NCBI GenBank assembly: GCA_000934665.2
Contig: KZ538188.1
Location: 1-64,000, forward strand
Length of the DNA: 64,000 nucleotides
Direction of reading: 5' to 3'
Source of the DNA: Catajapyx aquilonaris
Lineage: Eukaryota
In this document: positions 63,271-64,000 of the stretch, one piece after another
Layout: the number at the start of each line of letters is the position of its first letter
Numbering within the stretch: the stretch's first letter is position 1
Position numbers and translations under genes: made by a program
Notes under the pieces: generated by a model
Databases searched by the model: none
What the model was told of the DNA's origin: nothing
The model's input: only the letters and a program-made list of their open reading frames with translations

Positions 63271-64000
63271 CAGGGTGGGGCAAAAGTCATTGGCGGATTA
63301 AAAAGACGCAGCATGGCGTAAGTAACGAACAATTATATTTTTTTTAAATTACACTACACAGAGAAAGATATGCCATTTATGGATCGAGGTCCAAAAAAGT
63401 CATTTTTTGACAACAACACCGGATGGATGTCCACCTCTGCGGGCAACACATTATTTTCATAACGCGCTCCAGAATGTCCAGGGGAATGCTTCTCATGGCG
63501 TGTCTTATCTGATGCTCAATCTGATCTTATCTGATCAGCCAATGACTGAGGACATGAGGCGAACACCAAGCAAATTAAAAGTCAAGTGTTTCCTGGGTAG
63601 GTCATTTCGAGATTTGGGGCCATTTCATGGCAGCTGCGGTCGCCGGATTCGACCACCCCCGACTTATTATGGGTACCTGAAGAGCTTGGTGTTCGCCACA
63701 TGTCCTCAGTCATTGGCTGATCAGATCAGATCAGATTGAGGATCAGATAAGACACGCCATGAGAAACATTCCCCTGGACATGCTGGAGCGCGTTATGAAG
63801 GGTTTTGTCCGGCCCTTGGAGGAATAATGTGTTGCCCGCAGAGGTGGACATCCATCCGGTGTTGTTTTCAAAAAGTCACTTTTTTGGACCTCGATCCATA
63901 AATGGCATATCTTTCTCTGTGTAGTGTAATTTTTTTTAAATATAATTGTTCGTTACTTACGCCATGCTGCGTCTTTTAAATCCGCCAATGACTTTTGCCC
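63271..64000. mobile_element. Fold-back Tc1/mariner derivative built from two copies of a transposase 3' end; cut by the window edge
   Basis: TA|CAGGGTGGGGCAAAAGTCATTGGCGG start; window ends ..CCGCCAATGACTTTTGCCC; centre reads FPG*VISRFGAISWQLRSPD../WGYLKSLVF../IPLDMLERVMKGF..CVARRGGH. Confidence 0.9.

Overview
Eukaryotic, intron-containing animal DNA, most likely arthropod (inferred from a Cad87A-type cadherin; species not identifiable). The left quarter (2.3-15.5 kb, + strand) holds 23 coding exons of a Cad87A-like cadherin that splice into one open frame of about 1,900 codons; the signal-peptide exon was not found. From 22.7 kb to the window end lies a tandem cluster of seven minus-strand zinc-finger paralogs, labelled A, C, B, D, E, F, G from left to right. 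Five of them start with a near-invariant N-terminal zinc-binding module (HECRCCLQTFPTHLELLVHSFTHSRWDLV). This is followed by a SUMO-motif-rich acidic region and rapidly diverging C2H2/CCHC finger arrays. The cluster shows exon chimerism, internal finger amplification, tail pseudogenisation, a conserved 3-4 codon upstream ORF and two promoter types (paired CTCF-like motifs or DRE motifs). Non-coding DNA is dense in small DNA transposons (Tc1/mariner, hAT, PIF/Harbinger, Kolobok-like, CACTA-like), many of them near-perfect fold-back palindromes, plus one tRNA-derived SINE. A candidate small three-exon gene lies at 20.3-21.8 kb. All gene models were read by eye from splice signals and frame continuity; no database searches were run.
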